Below are positions 61,734-64,000 of a DNA stretch of 64,000 nt, piece after piece. Each line of letters opens with the position of its first letter. Position 1 is the stretch's first letter. Where the stretch lies: NCBI GenBank assembly GCA_016125385.1, contig WGLV01000039.1, forward strand, positions 7,343 to 71,342, written 5' to 3'. This DNA is from a bacterium (GTDB taxonomy: Bacteria; Hinthialibacterota; Hinthialibacteria; Hinthialibacterales; Hinthialibacteraceae). The notes below the pieces were generated by a model, which was not told the origin of the DNA, searched no databases, and worked only from the letters and a program-made list of their open reading frames with translations. The position numbers and the translations under genes were made by a program.

Positions 61734-62832
61734 AACTCTGCGCCGCCAATGGCTGGATATGGCGTATCGCGGGCGTGGACCGCTCCGCTGGGCCGCGCCG
61801 TTGACGCTGCCCGCGTCATGGCTCTACGGCGCCGGCGCCAAGGCAAGACGGTCGCGTTATGAGAGAGGCGCGGCGAAACCGGAGCGCCTTCCCGCGCCGG
61901 TTGTTTCCATTGGAAATCTGACGGTGGGAGGCGTGGGCAAGACGCCGTTTACCCTCTTTCTGGCGGCTGCGCTGCGAGAGATGGGCTATCGCCCCGGCGT
62001 GTTGATGCGCGGTTACCGGCGCCGCTCGAACGATAGCCTGATCGTGACGCCTGAATCCTTCGATCCATCCCGTTCCATCGATTACGGCGACGAAGCCTCC
62101 ATGATCGCGCATATCGGAGGTGTTCCCATCGGCGTTGACGCGAATCGGTCTCGCGCGGGCGCACGCCTGATCAATGAGTGCGGCGTGGATATGCTATTGC
62201 TCGATGACGGCTTTCAGCACATCCAGCTGCACCGCGATCTCGATTTCGTTCTGCTGGATGGCGAAAATCCTTTCGGGAACGGACGTTGTCTCCCTCATGG
62301 TCCGTTACGGGAGCCGATTGAAGCATTGCGCGGGGCTGACGCGCTGATCGTGAGGGGAGAGCGTCTTCAGGCCAGAATCGATTCGCCTGCGTCGTGTTTT
62401 TCCGGCGGGCTGCGCTGGACCGGCATAGTTGCGTTGTCCGCATGGCTCGCGCGCCGCTGGGACGAAACGCGTTCGCTTCAGGCCCTGCAGGAAAGCGACT
62501 GGACGCTGGTTTCGGGTGTGGGCGATCCCGGGCGGCTTGAGCGTCAGGCGGCCGATTACGGCGCCCGGCTGGCTCGGCACGTCCAGTTCGCGGACCATCA
62601 CTGGTTTGAACGCGATGAGATCGAAGCCGTCTTGCGTGGCGCTCAGACGAACCTGATTCTGATGACTGAGAAAGACGCGGCGCGATTGATGTCGCTGGCG
62701 GGCCTTGCCCAACCCGGGATGGATCGGATATACGTTATTCGTGCGCGGTGGGAGATGAACGATCGCGCGGCCTTTCTTCCATGGTTTCGGCAACGGATCG
62801 AGACGCGGCCCTCTCGCGCCTCGGTTGATTGA
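61723..62832 (+). CDS. lpxK: Tetraacyldisaccharide 4'-kinase.
   Basis: The P-loop is VVSIGNLTVGGVGKTPF. Downstream are ...GYRPGVLMRGY and DEASM... with the LpxK C-terminal domain. It overlaps the waaA 3' end by ~11 nt. Confidence 0.85.
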   Translation: MKNETLRRQWLDMAYRGRGPLRWAAPLTLPASWLYGAGAKARRSRYERGAAKPERLPAPVVSIGNLTVGGVGKTPFTLFLAAALREMGYRPGVLMRGYRRRSNDSLIVTPESFDPSRSIDYGDEASMIAHIGGVPIGVDANRSRAGARLINECGVDMLLLDDGFQHIQLHRDLDFVLLDGENPFGNGRCLPHGPLREPIEALRGADALIVRGERLQARIDSPASCFSGGLRWTGIVALSAWLARRWDETRSLQALQESDWTLVSGVGDPGRLERQAADYGARLARHVQFADHHWFERDEIEAVLRGAQTNLILMTEKDAARLMSLAGLAQPGMDRIYVIRARWEMNDRAAFLPWFRQRIETRPSRASVD

Positions 62833-62901
62833 TCAGCCGCCCAAAAGTAAAGTGAGCCTCCCTGCAATTCGTTTTTCCACATACGAGGAGATTCAGCCGT
62901 T

Positions 62902-64000
62902 ATGACGTCCGAACGCTGGGAGCCGTTGTACCGGCGCGCCTACGAGCGGGGCATCGCCCGCGTTCGCGCGCTGCATGGAGTATGTTGCGCTTTTCACTCC
63001 GTGATCGATGGAGTGATTCACCTGACGCCGGACCTCATTCAACCGGTGCTCGACAGCGATCCCAGCCTGAAAATCGCGGCGAAAAAAGGGTGTGATGGCT
63101 CGGCGCCGGCTGAGATTCTCACTCCCGCCGATTTCGTCCAGGGTATGTTTTATTCGCTTAAACGCGGCGGCGCCATGCAGCGTATGATTCGCGAAGCCAG
63201 CGTGTATGAATGGGCGTTGCGCATGTTCGGCCCCGGCGAACTGCGGCTCGGTGGAACCTCAGCCAACATGGCGCGCTCGCTGGCGCCGCTGGGCATCCCC
63301 GTTACCGTATACGCCAACCCGTTGACGGTGGAACTGGCTGAGCTGTTCGGCGGCTCTCACCACCTGAAGCTGATCGCGAAAGGCGAACACGGTTATGAGC
63401 TGGAGGCCCCGCTCGACGCCGCGCGTGAGAAAGGCGTTTTCGCCATCCATTGGATTTTTGAATACGGAACCGATTTCCGGCTCGATCTCGACGGTGTGAT
63501 CGTTCAGCCCCATCGCGCCAATCGATACATCCCCTCGTGGAACCCCGCCAATAACCAGTTCAAAATGGACCCGGTGTTCGCCGAAGGTTTCCGCGCGCTG
63601 GTGAAAAATTACAGCCATCTGCTGTTTTCCGGATTTCATATCCTGTCTGAAACCTATCCCGACGGTTCAACCTGTGAGGATGTGGTGAGGCCGCTGGGTG
63701 AGTATCTCGATTCGATCAAACAGGCGGCTCCGGAGTTGAAGATTCACCTGGAGTTCGCCTCTATCGGGTCGGCGAGGGTGCGTAATGCGGCGATCGATCA
63801 CGTGTTCCCTCATGTCGACAGCCTGGGGCTGAATGAAACCGAACTGCCGCTTCTATTGGATAACCTCGGTGAAGAACCGCTGGCGAATTCATTGCGTGAA
63901 AAGCCCCGTGTGGAAGACTTTTTGACCGGATGCCGCATCGCCATTGAAAAAACCGGCGTGGGGCGAGTTCATTTTCACAATCTGGGTTATTACCTCTGTC
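62902..64000 (+). CDS. Ribokinase-superfamily sugar kinase (ADP-dependent kinase-like / PfkB-like); partial, continues past the window end.
   Basis: The GGTSANMARSLAPLG glycine-rich sugar-binding motif sits at ~residue 115. The NxxE motif is LGLNETELPLL. A GAGGAG RBS precedes the ATG at 62902. It lies downstream of waaA-lpxK, suggesting a Kdo/heptose/lipid-A-core kinase role. It is absent from the ORF track because no stop lies in the window. Confidence 0.55.
   Translation, partial: MTSERWEPLYRRAYERGIARVRALHGVCCAFHSVIDGVIHLTPDLIQPVLDSDPSLKIAAKKGCDGSAPAEILTPADFVQGMFYSLKRGGAMQRMIREASVYEWALRMFGPGELRLGGTSANMARSLAPLGIPVTVYANPLTVELAELFGGSHHLKLIAKGEHGYELEAPLDAAREKGVFAIHWIFEYGTDFRLDLDGVIVQPHRANRYIPSWNPANNQFKMDPVFAEGFRALVKNYSHLLFSGFHILSETYPDGSTCEDVVRPLGEYLDSIKQAAPELKIHLEFASIGSARVRNAAIDHVFPHVDSLGLNETELPLLLDNLGEEPLANSLREKPRVEDFLTGCRIAIEKTGVGRVHFHNLGYYLC

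Overview
This 64 kb window comes from a high-GC (~60%) diderm bacterium. LPS/outer-membrane genes (lptD-like, waaA, lpxK, a TolC-family OMP, an MlaE-like permease), many Tat-signal proteins, and flagellar regulators (fliW, csrA, a YvyF-like zinc-ribbon protein) are present. It is densely coding: about 55 protein genes. I found no rRNA, tRNA or CRISPR array. Core housekeeping genes are accA, lon, acnA, secA, gmk and trkH, plus a family-X DNA polymerase. They are interspersed with carbohydrate-active secreted enzymes (GH127, CE4, an S9-like hydrolase, an FG-GAP protein, a GT-C with an NPCBM tail). Five regions deserve attention: (1) An eight-gene minus-strand operon (9841..17514) couples GT4, GNAT, a DUF2334 deacetylase and a flippase-like membrane protein to an orphan sensor kinase, a cupin and a Gfo oxidoreductase. 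Its logic resembles mycothiol/bacillithiol biosynthesis (GlcNAc transfer, deacetylation, re-N-acylation) applied to a membrane acceptor. (2) A GntR-linked module of three Tat-exported proteins (18635..23948): a xylose-isomerase-like TIM barrel, a C_GCAxxG_C_C domain fused to a diheme cytochrome c, and a Gfo/Idh/MocA oxidoreductase. This looks like a periplasmic sugar/glycoside oxidation system with its own electron acceptor. (3) Two tandem paralogous coiled-coil proteins sit beside an orphan ABC ATPase and fliW-csrA (24911..29189). (4) An RHH, tandem membrane-anchored PH-like paralogs and an SPFH/band-7 protein form one operon (51847..54101). (5) A low-GC parDE toxin-antitoxin islet lies beside the PolX gene (56604..57186). 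A DUF1778/TacA-like antitoxin remnant has no canonical start and no adjacent toxin. Several strong hairpin terminators and candidate operators are also listed. Coordinates I derived by hand may be off by 1-2 nt. ORF-track coordinates were used wherever possible; track ORFs may start at GTG/TTG codons rendered as M.
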